From Candidatus Eiseniibacteriota bacterium (GTDB taxonomy: Bacteria > Eisenbacteria > RBG-16-71-46): 64,000 nt of DNA. The DNA lies in contig JANMQY010000114.1 in the NCBI GenBank assembly GCA_031370785.1, positions 32,001-96,000 of the forward strand, in the 5' to 3' direction. Positions 19,780 through 29,204 of the stretch are shown here, piece by piece (positions within the stretch are counted from its first letter, which is position 1; every line of letters starts with the position of its first letter). Below the pieces are notes generated by a model. That model made no database searches. It worked only from the letters and a program-made list of their open reading frames with translations, and had not been told where the DNA came from. A program made the translations under genes and the position numbers.

Positions 19780-19950
19780 GGTACCTCGTGGAGGGAGGCA
19801 TGGTGGAGGGAGGTGTGAGATGGAAACGTCACCCCGCAATCTAGCCCAAACGTCGCGCGACCGTCCACCGCGAGGCGAACGGCCGCACGGCAAAACGCGG
19901 GAGCGAGCCGCGGGCTCGATCGAGCTCACCAACGGGCTTCAGCGTCGTCG

Positions 19951-22900
19951 TCAGAACTCCGGGCCGATGCTGAAATGCCAGCGCGGTTGAGTGGCTCCGA
20001 CGCCATCGGTGCTCCACGCGCAATCCAGCTTCGCGATCGCGAAGTAGATCGCGGTGCGGATGCCCACACCGAACCCGACCCTGGGAGAGGCCAGGCGCCG
20101 CGAGCCGTCGACGATGTGGGTGAGCAGCAGCTTCTCGCCCTCGTTCCACACCAGGCCCGCATCTCCGAAGATCGCGCCCTTGAGATTGAAGATTCCGATC
20201 GGCACCGGCCCCACCAGCCCGAGCTGCTGGATGAACGGGAAGCGCAGCTCGAGATTCATGATCGCGATCCGCGTACCGAGCAGGTCGAAGTTCGAGAAAC
20301 CGCGCAGCGTCGAGTAGCCGCCCACCCGGAACGTCTGCGCATCGCGGCCGCCGCTGTAGCCGCCCAGCACCCGTCCCGCAAAGGTGTACCCGTGAGTGAG
20401 GTCCCAGTAGCGCCTCGAGTCGAGCGTGACGGTCTGATACGAGAGGCCCCGGTCCGTGACCGGGAACGAGGGGCTGTAGGTCAGGTTGTAGCGCCCACCG
20501 TTGACCGGACCGTAGAAGCCCATCAGCGAGTTGTCGCCGACCAGCGAGAGCGATGGCGAAGTCACCGATCGGAACTGCCTCCCCGACACAAAGTAGAAAC
20601 CGAACGCATCCTTCTCGAAGAAGTCGCGCTCCACGAACATCTGCGTGAAGCCAATCTCCATGCGTCGGAAGCGGCTGAACGGATACGACGAACTCAGCAG
20701 CAGGCCGAAGTTCCGCTCCGAGAACAGGCGCGGACTCCCCAGCGCCTCCCCGAGCGTGGTGACCCGCGACGAATAGTAGTTCTTGAAGTGGAACACGCCG
20801 ACGCTGTAGTCCCAGCGCCGCGGCAGGTAGTTGTAGATCGCGAGCGCATTGGTTTCCTGCAGCGAGCTCGAGACCACATCGGTCGCCACGTAGACACTGT
20901 GATCGCCGAGGAAGTCGCTGAACGCGAACTGGGTGCTGCCGATGAATCCGTAGCCGGTCGCGGCGTAGAAGCCTCCGCCCGCGTAGTCGGGCGAGAGGCG
21001 GACTCGATACGGTGCGGACTTCTGCCCGAGAACCGAGTCGGGCAGCGCGAAAGGACCGCCTCGATCCTGCAGCGGGACCGTGATTGCGAGCGGCGGAAGC
21101 GTGTCGATCGGCGGCGGGAACGAAGCGCGATCCCGCTCGCCGACCCATGCCGGGGGTTCGGATCGCGGCCTGCCGGTAACCCGCATCGTGTCGGCATATC
21201 CCCCGGCCGACACCCGCGGCGAAAGCGTGTCGCTCCCTGCGAGAGCCTTCACATGCGCCACGGTCACGGTGTCCGGCCATCCTTGCGCGAGCGCGCCATG
21301 GTTCGGCGTCACGCGGATCGTATCGCGCGCCCCGCGCGCGGCGGCCTCCACGCTCAGCACCGCGAGGGGATTCTGGCGGCGCAGCCGGTCCAGCACCGGA
21401 TCGAGCGACACCGGCTCGGTCACCGCGAACACGTCGAACCCGCCGTAGTTGAACGCCGAGAAGACCAGTCGATCGTTCTGGCGCGACCAGGAGATGCTCA
21501 GGATCCCACCGGTCACGTCGGTGAGCTGGGTGAAGGTCGAGTCGCGCGAATCGAACAGCAGGACGTTCGGCGTGCCGTTCCGATCGCTGATGAACGCCAG
21601 CTTGCCTCCATCCGGCGACCATGCCGGGGAGTGATCGTCGCCGGCGGTGTCGAGGGTGCGCACGATCGAGCCGCTCGCGAGGTCGTAGTTGAAGAGTCCG
21701 TACGCGCCATAGCCCTTCTCGCGCCGATCCGGATGCAGCACGACCGGCGCCAGCCGGTCGGAGGAGAACGTGATGATGCGCCCGTCCGGGGCCCAGCACG
21801 GCTCCTTCTCGTCGTAGGTGTCGTCGGTCATGCGCGTCGCCTGCCCGGTGCGGGAGTGCACCATCCACAGGTCGGCGCGTCCGTCCTTCACCCCGACCAC
21901 CACGATCGAGTCGGAGACCGGCGACCACGCGGGGTAGTACAGCGCGTCGCATCCCAGATCGATGCGCTTGATCACTTCGCCCTTCTGCGCGCCGATCAGG
22001 TACAGCACGTCGCGCCCGGCGCTCTTGGCGGTGAGCGCGATGCGATTGCCGTCGGGCGACCAGGTGAGCGCACTGCGGAACGACGGGATGGCCTCGAACG
22101 CCACGTTGCGCTCGCCGCGGATGATGCGGCGCAGGACTTTTCCGTCCAGCGCCGACATGATGTAGACGTCGGTGTACTGACGGCGGTCCGAGAAGTACGC
22201 GATGCGGTCGCCCTGCGGCGACACGGCGGGCGCGGTGTTGAGGTTGCTCTGGTCGTGGCGGTGGTCGGTCAGGCGGAGCGCGAATTTCTCCGGGCCCTCC
22301 TTCATCGCGACCGTGGGCCAGTACTGCCGCTTGAGCCACTCGTGCCACTGCTCGTCGAACTTCTCGACCGACATGCCGACGCTGCGCAGGAACGCCCGGT
22401 CGAAGTTTCGCATCTGGCGCGAGCGCTGCAGGATGTCGCGCAGCCTGTCCTCGCCGTATCTCTCCACCAGGTAGCTGAGCGCCGACTGCCCCTGCTTGTA
22501 CACGATGTAGCCGCCCGAGTATTGGAGCGGCGGCAGGTAGCCCTCGATGGTGCCGTCGCGCAGGAACATCTCGGCATTCGACTCGATCCCGAGCGAGAAG
22601 TACTCGGCCATGCCTTCGGCGAACCACAGCGGCATCTGGTAGAAGCTCTGGCGCGCGATGAGCGCGGTGGCCGAGCCGCCGTAGAGCATGTCGAACATGA
22701 TCGCGTGGGTGAGCTCGTGCACCACGACGTGGCGCAGGTCCTCGTAGGAGCCGGTGAACGGCAGCACCACCCGGTTGCGCAGCACTTCGGTGAAGCCCCC
22801 CGTGCCGGCGTCGATCAGCTCGGGGGTGACGTTGGTCTGGGCGAAATCGTTGTGCGAGCCGTAGAGGATGATCGGGACGCGCCGGCCCAGGGTGTGGCCC

Positions 22901-23136
22901 ATGCGCCGGGACAGGCGGTCATGGGTCTTCTCGGACAGGTCCATGACCCGCATCGCGAGGCTGTCGAGCCCGGGGTAGAAGTACACCTCGAAATGGTCCG
23001 AGGTGATGGAACGCCAGTCGTAGCGCCGGTACTGGACCTTGTTCTGGCCGAAGTACTGGGCATGGGCCGCGCCCGCAACACCGAGCAGCGCGAACAGCGT
23101 CAACGCCAGAACCCGCCTCGCCCTCATCCCCTGCAT
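19951..23136 (-). CDS. Secreted metallopeptidase-like (HExxH) + PD40 beta-propeller + Omp85-type barrel protein
   Basis: Signal peptide, FGQNKVQY; HELTH and WFAEGMAEY; repeated (P)xWSPDG; C-terminal GGYSTLRGF (Omp85 loop 6) and terminal ...FSIGPEF. Confidence 0.85.
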   Translation of the reverse strand: MQGMRARRVLALTLFALLGVAGAAHAQYFGQNKVQYRRYDWRSITSDHFEVYFYPGLDSLAMRVMDLSEKTHDRLSRRMGHTLGRRVPIILYGSHNDFAQTNVTPELIDAGTGGFTEVLRNRVVLPFTGSYEDLRHVVVHELTHAIMFDMLYGGSATALIARQSFYQMPLWFAEGMAEYFSLGIESNAEMFLRDGTIEGYLPPLQYSGGYIVYKQGQSALSYLVERYGEDRLRDILQRSRQMRNFDRAFLRSVGMSVEKFDEQWHEWLKRQYWPTVAMKEGPEKFALRLTDHRHDQSNLNTAPAVSPQGDRIAYFSDRRQYTDVYIMSALDGKVLRRIIRGERNVAFEAIPSFRSALTWSPDGNRIALTAKSAGRDVLYLIGAQKGEVIKRIDLGCDALYYPAWSPVSDSIVVVGVKDGRADLWMVHSRTGQATRMTDDTYDEKEPCWAPDGRIITFSSDRLAPVVLHPDRREKGYGAYGLFNYDLASGSIVRTLDTAGDDHSPAWSPDGGKLAFISDRNGTPNVLLFDSRDSTFTQLTDVTGGILSISWSRQNDRLVFSAFNYGGFDVFAVTEPVSLDPVLDRLRRQNPLAVLSVEAAARGARDTIRVTPNHGALAQGWPDTVTVAHVKALAGSDTLSPRVSAGGYADTMRVTGRPRSEPPAWVGERDRASFPPPIDTLPPLAITVPLQDRGGPFALPDSVLGQKSAPYRVRLSPDYAGGGFYAATGYGFIGSTQFAFSDFLGDHSVYVATDVVSSSLQETNALAIYNYLPRRWDYSVGVFHFKNYYSSRVTTLGEALGSPRLFSERNFGLLLSSSYPFSRFRRMEIGFTQMFVERDFFEKDAFGFYFVSGRQFRSVTSPSLSLVGDNSLMGFYGPVNGGRYNLTYSPSFPVTDRGLSYQTVTLDSRRYWDLTHGYTFAGRVLGGYSGGRDAQTFRVGGYSTLRGFSNFDLLGTRIAIMNLELRFPFIQQLGLVGPVPIGIFNLKGAIFGDAGLVWNEGEKLLLTHIVDGSRRLASPRVGFGVGIRTAIYFAIAKLDCAWSTDGVGATQPRWHFSIGPEF

Positions 23137-23181
23137 GCCGCGTCCTTTCGTCCCGATCGTGGACTCGATCCCGAGATCAGC

Positions 23182-23219
23182 TTACACCGCTTCAGACGTT
23201 CCAGGTTCCTTCGAGTTCC
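23182..23219 (-). promoter_or_regulatory. Two overlapping ECF/sigmaE-type promoter motifs
   Basis: GGAACT-N16-GTCTGA (23219-23192) and GGAACC-N16-GTGTAA (23209-23182). Confidence 0.5.
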
Positions 23220-23230
23220 GAGCTTCTCCT

Positions 23231-26200
23231 TCAGTACTCCCAGCGTGCCTTCAGGTTGACGTTGAAGTCGGGCGTTCCGCTGCTCGGCGCCGTGATGCCG
23301 GTCACCACCCGACGCTGCGCGATCTCGGTCGAGACGAAGATGAAGCGGTTGATCCGGTACTCCGCCTCGACGTCGCGCTCGAACAGGACGTCGCTCTGCG
23401 GAGTCGCGCTGTAGCGGGTGAAGCCGTGCAGCACCTGACTGTACTTGAGGCTCAGACGACTGTTGATCTGACTGCCGGCCGAGATGATCAGGTCGCCTTC
23501 GCCGAGCAGCCCTCCGCGGTCGCGCTCCAGCGACCATTCGTTCACGTAGTTGCCGAACGCCTTCGAAAGGTCGGCGCTCAGCGACCGGTTGATGGCCCGG
23601 GTGATGTAGTTGTCGAGCGGCTGCTGCACGGAAAACTGTCCCCCAACGCGGAATGTTCCGTACGTCATTTCCTGAAGGATCGCGGCCTGATCCCAGGAGT
23701 TGACGCCGCTCTCATCCACCAGCGTGACGAGCGGGGTGTTGGCCCGGCCGGTGATGGTCACCCGGATGTTGTGCGCAGTCTTGTCGTCGGAATTCTGCGA
23801 GGATCCGACGATGCGCGTCGTGGCCTCGATGTCGAGCACCGGGTTCGTGCCCCCCACGTTATCGAACGTGAGGTCCGAGCGGGTGATGGTAAAGCGATTG
23901 CTCAGGAAGTAGTAGGTCCCGCGCAGTGCCTCCATCTCGCCGAAGATGATCAAGGAATCCCGGGTCTGCTCGAGGTTGAGGTCGGCCGCGAATTCGATGT
24001 CGCCCTCGGGCGGACGCCAGCGCAGATTGCTGTTGGCGACGAGGTGGATCTGATAGGTCCAGAACAGAGGCTGGGTCGCGGCCGCGATCTGCTGCATTTC
24101 GGTCTGGTTGCTGAAGTCGAACAGGATCACCGCGCGTTTCACGTCCGCCTTGCCCTGCACCATCGGCAGGGTCACGTTGTGCACGCGAGGGCCGTTGGTG
24201 ACCGTGAAGTCGCCGTCGAACTCGGCGGCATAGAGTCCGTGCTCGGCGGCCGAGAAGTTGCGCATCTCGAGATCGAACGCGTAGCCCTTGAGCGCGAGAC
24301 CGTTCAGGTCGACACCTCCGCGCGCGCGCACGCGGCCGCGTGGCCCCTGCCGTGCGGTGAGAGAGTCCAGGGTCACGCGGTTCTGGTCCACGCGCAGGTC
24401 GGCATGGACCGCTTCCAGCACCTCTTCGCGGGCGGCGAGTCGCACCGTTCCGTCCCGGATCTGGATCTGCCCATCCAGGTTCGGGTGGCGCGCGGTCCCG
24501 GCAACTCTTGCTTTGAGCAGGAAGCGCCCCGCCGCCGAGCCGATCTGCGGGACGAACAGCGGCATCAGCGCCAGATCGCCGTTCGGAATCTCGACATCCC
24601 ATTGCATCGGGGCCTCCGGCAGGACCGGAGGGCGACCGAGTGCGAGCTGGAGCGGCATGTAGCCGGACGCCTTCGAGACCACGGCGCTGCGGGTCATGCG
24701 CGCTTCGCTGACGTCGAGCCTTCCGGCGGCGTAACGCGCGCGCACGTCGAGTTCGTCCGCGCGATAGTCCTTCCATGCCGGAGCCACCATGTGCGCGTGC
24801 ACGTCGAACGTCGGCGCCTGCGGGCTGCCGCTCACGTTGACCCCTCCCGAGAGCGTGCCCGCCCACCCTTCCGCCGCCGGGACCAGTGTGCCGAGCCGGT
24901 CGATCGGCAGGTCCCTGGCTTCGACCGTGCCCTGCCAGCTCTGAGCGTCCGAGAGCCAGCGCAGCACTCCATCGGCGGTGAGCGTGTCGGGCCATGCGCG
25001 CGCGGTGCGTTCGACCTTCCCGCGCGCATCGAGCGTTCCGCCACGCAGCAGCAGCTTCGCCTCCTTCACCTCGAGGCGCGAAGGCGCACCGGCCAGCTCG
25101 AGCCGGATCGAATCGGCGGCATGGCCGCTCTTGCCCGGCGCGCGCGCGATTCCGGTGAACGCCCAGCGCGGATCACCGTTTTTCCCCTGAACCTGGAGCA
25201 TGGCATCCGCGCGACCGCTCAGCTGCCACTCGAGCGGCAGGCCGAGGCGGGCGAGATCGAGTCGCTCGGCTCTCCCGCGCCAGTCGTAATCGCCATGTGG
25301 ACCGGCCCAGCGACCCGAGATCGCCAGGTGCGCATCTCCGTCGCGCGCCTCGAGCCGGTCGAAGGTGACTCCGCTTGGCACGCCGTGCAGCTCGACCGGC
25401 GGGACGGCCACCCAGTGGAACTGAGTGCTCTGCGCCTTCGCGCGATCGAGGCTCAGCGTCCAGCCGTCCTTGCTCCAGAGCGACCGTCCGGCGAGGGTGA
25501 GCACGGTGTCTCCCGCCATCGCTCGGACCGACTGCATCTCGAGCTGGCGGTCCCCGAGGTGAAGGGCGGCAGTCGCGCTGTCGAAATGAACCGCGAGATA
25601 GGTCAGGTCTTCGAGACGCGCGTCGGCGAGCATGTCGGGCACGTTGAGCAGCGCGCCGTTGATGTGTTCGAGCTTCCAGCGCGCCGCGTGCATGCCGAGC
25701 CAGTCGGTCTGGATTCCAGCGAGCACGCCGGTTACGTACAGCTTGCCGCCTCGGGCATCCACTCCGCCCGCGCCCTGGGTGAGCGTGCCGCGGATGCCGC
25801 TTGCGCGCCCATCGGGCCACTCATCCAGCGCGTAGCGCGCCACGGTGTAGCTGCCGTTCCAGCCCGGCGTCCTGGTGCGGCCGTGCAGCACGGCCTCGCC
25901 GCCTCGGCGCAGCATGCGCACGGTGAAGCTGTCGGGCTGAGGATCGGGCGGCATGTCCATCACGAAGTCCGCGCTGTCGGCACGCCATCCCGCGAGCTCC
26001 GACCCCAGCAGATGCGCGGTCAGGTGACCGGAGCCGTGCGGGCGCGTGTCCACGTTGTAGCGGAAGCGCCCGTTCAGGTTGCCGACGGGCCACCCGGTGA
26101 TATGCAGCGCCTCCCAGTTCGAGGGATCTCCGTTCTTCACCGCGCCGCCGATCGCCCAGCCTTCGTGCGCCCAGTCCATCCGCCCGTCGAGCACGCCCGC

Positions 26201-27265
26201 CGGCGAGCGGAATGCGAGCGGAACGACCGCCAGCCGCTTCTGCTCGTAACGGAACACACCCTCGCCATCGCCTTTCAGGCTGTCCCAGTCGACGTGGGCG
26301 GCGAAGCGCCCGTGCCAGTCGCGTGCGCCCTGCAGGTCGACCGCCGCGCGGCCATCCCCCGGCACGTCGAACGACTTGTTGTCGAACAGCCGGGCCAGCA
26401 GTCTCCAGCGCACGCGCCCGATGTCGACGTGTGCGCGACGCTCGGTCGCTCCCTTCTGCCACGCTCCGGTTGCGCGCAGCTGCAGCTCTTCCGAGCGCAG
26501 CTCGCGGATCTCGAACCGGACGCTGTCGCTGACCGAGTAGTTCCCGGCGAGTCGCTCGAGCGTGGTGCCGTACGGCCCGTGCTTCCAGCTCAGATCGACC
26601 AGGTCGATGCGGGTCGGCGAGGTGTTCGCGACCACGTCGAGATGGCCGCCCTCGGCGTGCAGCTCGGGGTCCGGAGTGATCAGCGTCGCGTTCTGGACGA
26701 TCAGATGCACGCGCAGCGACGATTGCCTGCCGCTCGCGGGGCTGCTCTTCCATTTCGGCAGCCTGAGCTTCCCGTCAGGGCCGCGCGCGAGCCGGATGAT
26801 CGCCTCGTCCATGGTCACGTCCACCCAGCGCCGGTTGGGCTGCAGCAGCGAAAGCGTGGAGTAGCCGACCTGCATACTGCGGGCCTCGAGCAGCGTCGGG
26901 CCCTTGCCGTCCCGGAATTTCACACGCGGCTCGATGACGCGGATGCCGACCAGCGGATTGCCGCGGATGTCCTTGATCTCGATCACGACATCCGAGTGCG
27001 AGGCCAGCGTCTGGTTCAAGAACAGGGTGAGCTCCTGTGCCACCCATTCGGTGCGGTTCGCGAGATAGAGTCCGATCGACACCACGATCAGGACGACGAA
27101 GCCGACGATCGCGAGCAGGCTGAGCCAGATCAGCTTCCCGACCGTCCAGCGCACCGGCTCGGGGACGTGCTCGACCACCTCCGCGATCTCCTCGCGGATC
27201 TCTTCGACCAGCCCGTGATGCGGCTCGGTCGGCTCGGGAGCGTCAGGCTCGCGGGGTTCGGTCAT
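23231..27265 (-). CDS. tamB: TamB/AsmA-like translocation and assembly module protein
   Basis: 1344 aa, N-terminal TM anchor, long beta-rich repeats, C-terminal DUF490-like region (NPVLDIEA...VTITGRANTP...RWEY). Confidence 0.88.
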   Translation of the reverse strand: MTEPREPDAPEPTEPHHGLVEEIREEIAEVVEHVPEPVRWTVGKLIWLSLLAIVGFVVLIVVSIGLYLANRTEWVAQELTLFLNQTLASHSDVVIEIKDIRGNPLVGIRVIEPRVKFRDGKGPTLLEARSMQVGYSTLSLLQPNRRWVDVTMDEAIIRLARGPDGKLRLPKWKSSPASGRQSSLRVHLIVQNATLITPDPELHAEGGHLDVVANTSPTRIDLVDLSWKHGPYGTTLERLAGNYSVSDSVRFEIRELRSEELQLRATGAWQKGATERRAHVDIGRVRWRLLARLFDNKSFDVPGDGRAAVDLQGARDWHGRFAAHVDWDSLKGDGEGVFRYEQKRLAVVPLAFRSPAGVLDGRMDWAHEGWAIGGAVKNGDPSNWEALHITGWPVGNLNGRFRYNVDTRPHGSGHLTAHLLGSELAGWRADSADFVMDMPPDPQPDSFTVRMLRRGGEAVLHGRTRTPGWNGSYTVARYALDEWPDGRASGIRGTLTQGAGGVDARGGKLYVTGVLAGIQTDWLGMHAARWKLEHINGALLNVPDMLADARLEDLTYLAVHFDSATAALHLGDRQLEMQSVRAMAGDTVLTLAGRSLWSKDGWTLSLDRAKAQSTQFHWVAVPPVELHGVPSGVTFDRLEARDGDAHLAISGRWAGPHGDYDWRGRAERLDLARLGLPLEWQLSGRADAMLQVQGKNGDPRWAFTGIARAPGKSGHAADSIRLELAGAPSRLEVKEAKLLLRGGTLDARGKVERTARAWPDTLTADGVLRWLSDAQSWQGTVEARDLPIDRLGTLVPAAEGWAGTLSGGVNVSGSPQAPTFDVHAHMVAPAWKDYRADELDVRARYAAGRLDVSEARMTRSAVVSKASGYMPLQLALGRPPVLPEAPMQWDVEIPNGDLALMPLFVPQIGSAAGRFLLKARVAGTARHPNLDGQIQIRDGTVRLAAREEVLEAVHADLRVDQNRVTLDSLTARQGPRGRVRARGGVDLNGLALKGYAFDLEMRNFSAAEHGLYAAEFDGDFTVTNGPRVHNVTLPMVQGKADVKRAVILFDFSNQTEMQQIAAATQPLFWTYQIHLVANSNLRWRPPEGDIEFAADLNLEQTRDSLIIFGEMEALRGTYYFLSNRFTITRSDLTFDNVGGTNPVLDIEATTRIVGSSQNSDDKTAHNIRVTITGRANTPLVTLVDESGVNSWDQAAILQEMTYGTFRVGGQFSVQQPLDNYITRAINRSLSADLSKAFGNYVNEWSLERDRGGLLGEGDLIISAGSQINSRLSLKYSQVLHGFTRYSATPQSDVLFERDVEAEYRINRFIFVSTEIAQRRVVTGITAPSSGTPDFNVNLKARWEY

Positions 27266-27269
27266 GGAT

Positions 27270-29204
27270 TCAGAAGGCCGGGCCTATGGCGAACTGCAAC
27301 CGGTTGGGAACATTGCGCGGGAGCAGCGTGACATCGAAGCGCAGCGGCCCGAACGGCAGGTTCAAGCGCGCCCCGGCGCCAAAGACGTAACGCACGTCGC
27401 CGGGATCGGGCAGCGTGTCGTCGGTTCGAACCGCGAAGTGCGACGCCTTGATGTACGACGGGCGCGCCCAGACATTCCCGGCGTCGGCGAACAGCTCCAT
27501 GCCGAACGGGCCGATCAACGGCACGCGCAGCTCGAGGTTGGCGAGCAGCATGGCGAGACCGCCCGAGGGAGGCAGGGTGTTCTCGCGGAAGCCGCGGACC
27601 GAGTTCACGCCTCCGAGCCGGAATCGGTTCTCCAGCGGCACGCGCGATACCTGCGTATCGGTGACTTCGGTTCCCTGCGGGGTGAACTGGTTGGCGCGCC
27701 CGAACGGGCCGATCACGCCGCCCCGCACCCGGCCGGCCAGAACCGAAACTCCGATCGGCGTGTACCACGACGATCCGGTCTGGGCCTTGGTGTAGCTGCT
27801 GCTGCCGGTCAGCGGGCCGCCCGAGATCTCGATGGTGAGATTCTGAAGCGAGCCGCGCCCCGGGTTGATCGGAAAGTCGCGCAGGTCGCGATCCAGGGTC
27901 AGGCTCAGGCGATGTGCGGTGTACGAACGCGGCGCGCTCTGGAACAGCGGGTCCTGCATCGCGGCAGTCAGCGCCGAGTCCTGCGCGGTGATGCGGATGT
28001 TCTGCTTGACGAACGCGTTGTCCTGCGTGAGCGCGAGCCGCACGTAGCGCCCGAATTCCCTGCGGAGCTGGAACGTGATGCCGGGGGCCTGCTGCTCGAC
28101 GACCCAGCGCGGATCGCTGACGTAGTCGTTGTGCTTGTCGTAGTACACCGTGAACTGTCCGCGGGTGCGCGAGCCGAGCAGCCACGGCTCGAGCAGCGAC
28201 GCCTCGGTGCGGGTGAGCAGGAAGCGCGCCTTGTCATCGAACGAGAGCCTCGAGCCGAGCGTGCCCTGCAGGCCCTGCCCGCCGACGTTGCGGTGTCCCC
28301 ATTCCGCACGAACGCTGAAGCGCTCGACCGTGCCGCTGCCGATGCCGGCGTCCACCCAGCGCATCTTGCGCTCGCGCACCCTCAGGTCGATCTCGATGGT
28401 CGAGTCGATCGGGAGCGGCGAGATCTGCACCTCGCTGAACAGACCGGTCTCATAGAGGCGTTCGAGCGAGCGCGTGATCTTCGAGCGGCGGTAGAGGTCG
28501 CCGGGGCGAATGAGAATCTCGCGATCGATCAGCTTGCGCTGGACGTGCAGCTCCCCGGGGGAGCTGAGCAGCACCTCGCCGAATCGGTAACTCCTGCCCT
28601 CGAAGATCTCGTAGCGGACGAAGACGTCCAGGCTCTCGCGCCGGCTCTGGGCGGCGATGTGCGGGCGAAACCCGCGCTCCTGATACGCCTCCGAGATACG
28701 CGCGGTGTCGGCGACCAGGAACGAGGGGTTGAACGGCCGGCCGGGGCGGGCGTAGAGGCGCTTGCGAAGCTGGTCCTCCGGGTAGCTCCCGAGGCCAACC
28801 AACTCGACGGCCTTGATGCGCGAGAGCTTTCCCTCGACGATGTTGAAAGCCACGGTGGCCCGGGTGCGATCCTTGCCAAGCTTGACCTCGTACCCCACGC
28901 GCGCGTCGAGGTATCCATGCTGCCGGTAGACACTCGCGATCGCGAGCGTGTCGGCGCGGACGAAGTCGAGGCGCAGCAGCGGTCGCTCGCGCCACGGGAA
29001 GATCGAGGCGGCGCGCGTCTTCATCACCACGCGCAGCTCGCGGCCGGAAACATGGTGGCGCCCCTTCAGGCGGACGCTTTCCACGGTTTCGAGCTCACTC
29101 GGCAGTTCGTTCTGTGCCCGCGCCCGGGTCGCAGGCGCGAGGGCGAGCAGCAGCGCCACGGCGACCAGCGCATACCGCGGGCCCCTACGGCGGCGAGGGC
29201 GCAA
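27270..29204 (-). CDS. Omp85-family outer-membrane protein (TamA/BamA-like, POTRA domains + barrel)
   Basis: POTRA motifs (YRQHGYLDA, YQERGF, RLYETGLFSEV), GGVNSVRGF, terminal QFAIGPAF; likely TTG start 29204 with a GGGAG SD (track gives 29279); directly upstream of tamB. Confidence 0.88.
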   Translation of the reverse strand: MRPRRRRGPRYALVAVALLLALAPATRARAQNELPSELETVESVRLKGRHHVSGRELRVVMKTRAASIFPWRERPLLRLDFVRADTLAIASVYRQHGYLDARVGYEVKLGKDRTRATVAFNIVEGKLSRIKAVELVGLGSYPEDQLRKRLYARPGRPFNPSFLVADTARISEAYQERGFRPHIAAQSRRESLDVFVRYEIFEGRSYRFGEVLLSSPGELHVQRKLIDREILIRPGDLYRRSKITRSLERLYETGLFSEVQISPLPIDSTIEIDLRVRERKMRWVDAGIGSGTVERFSVRAEWGHRNVGGQGLQGTLGSRLSFDDKARFLLTRTEASLLEPWLLGSRTRGQFTVYYDKHNDYVSDPRWVVEQQAPGITFQLRREFGRYVRLALTQDNAFVKQNIRITAQDSALTAAMQDPLFQSAPRSYTAHRLSLTLDRDLRDFPINPGRGSLQNLTIEISGGPLTGSSSYTKAQTGSSWYTPIGVSVLAGRVRGGVIGPFGRANQFTPQGTEVTDTQVSRVPLENRFRLGGVNSVRGFRENTLPPSGGLAMLLANLELRVPLIGPFGMELFADAGNVWARPSYIKASHFAVRTDDTLPDPGDVRYVFGAGARLNLPFGPLRFDVTLLPRNVPNRLQFAIGPAF

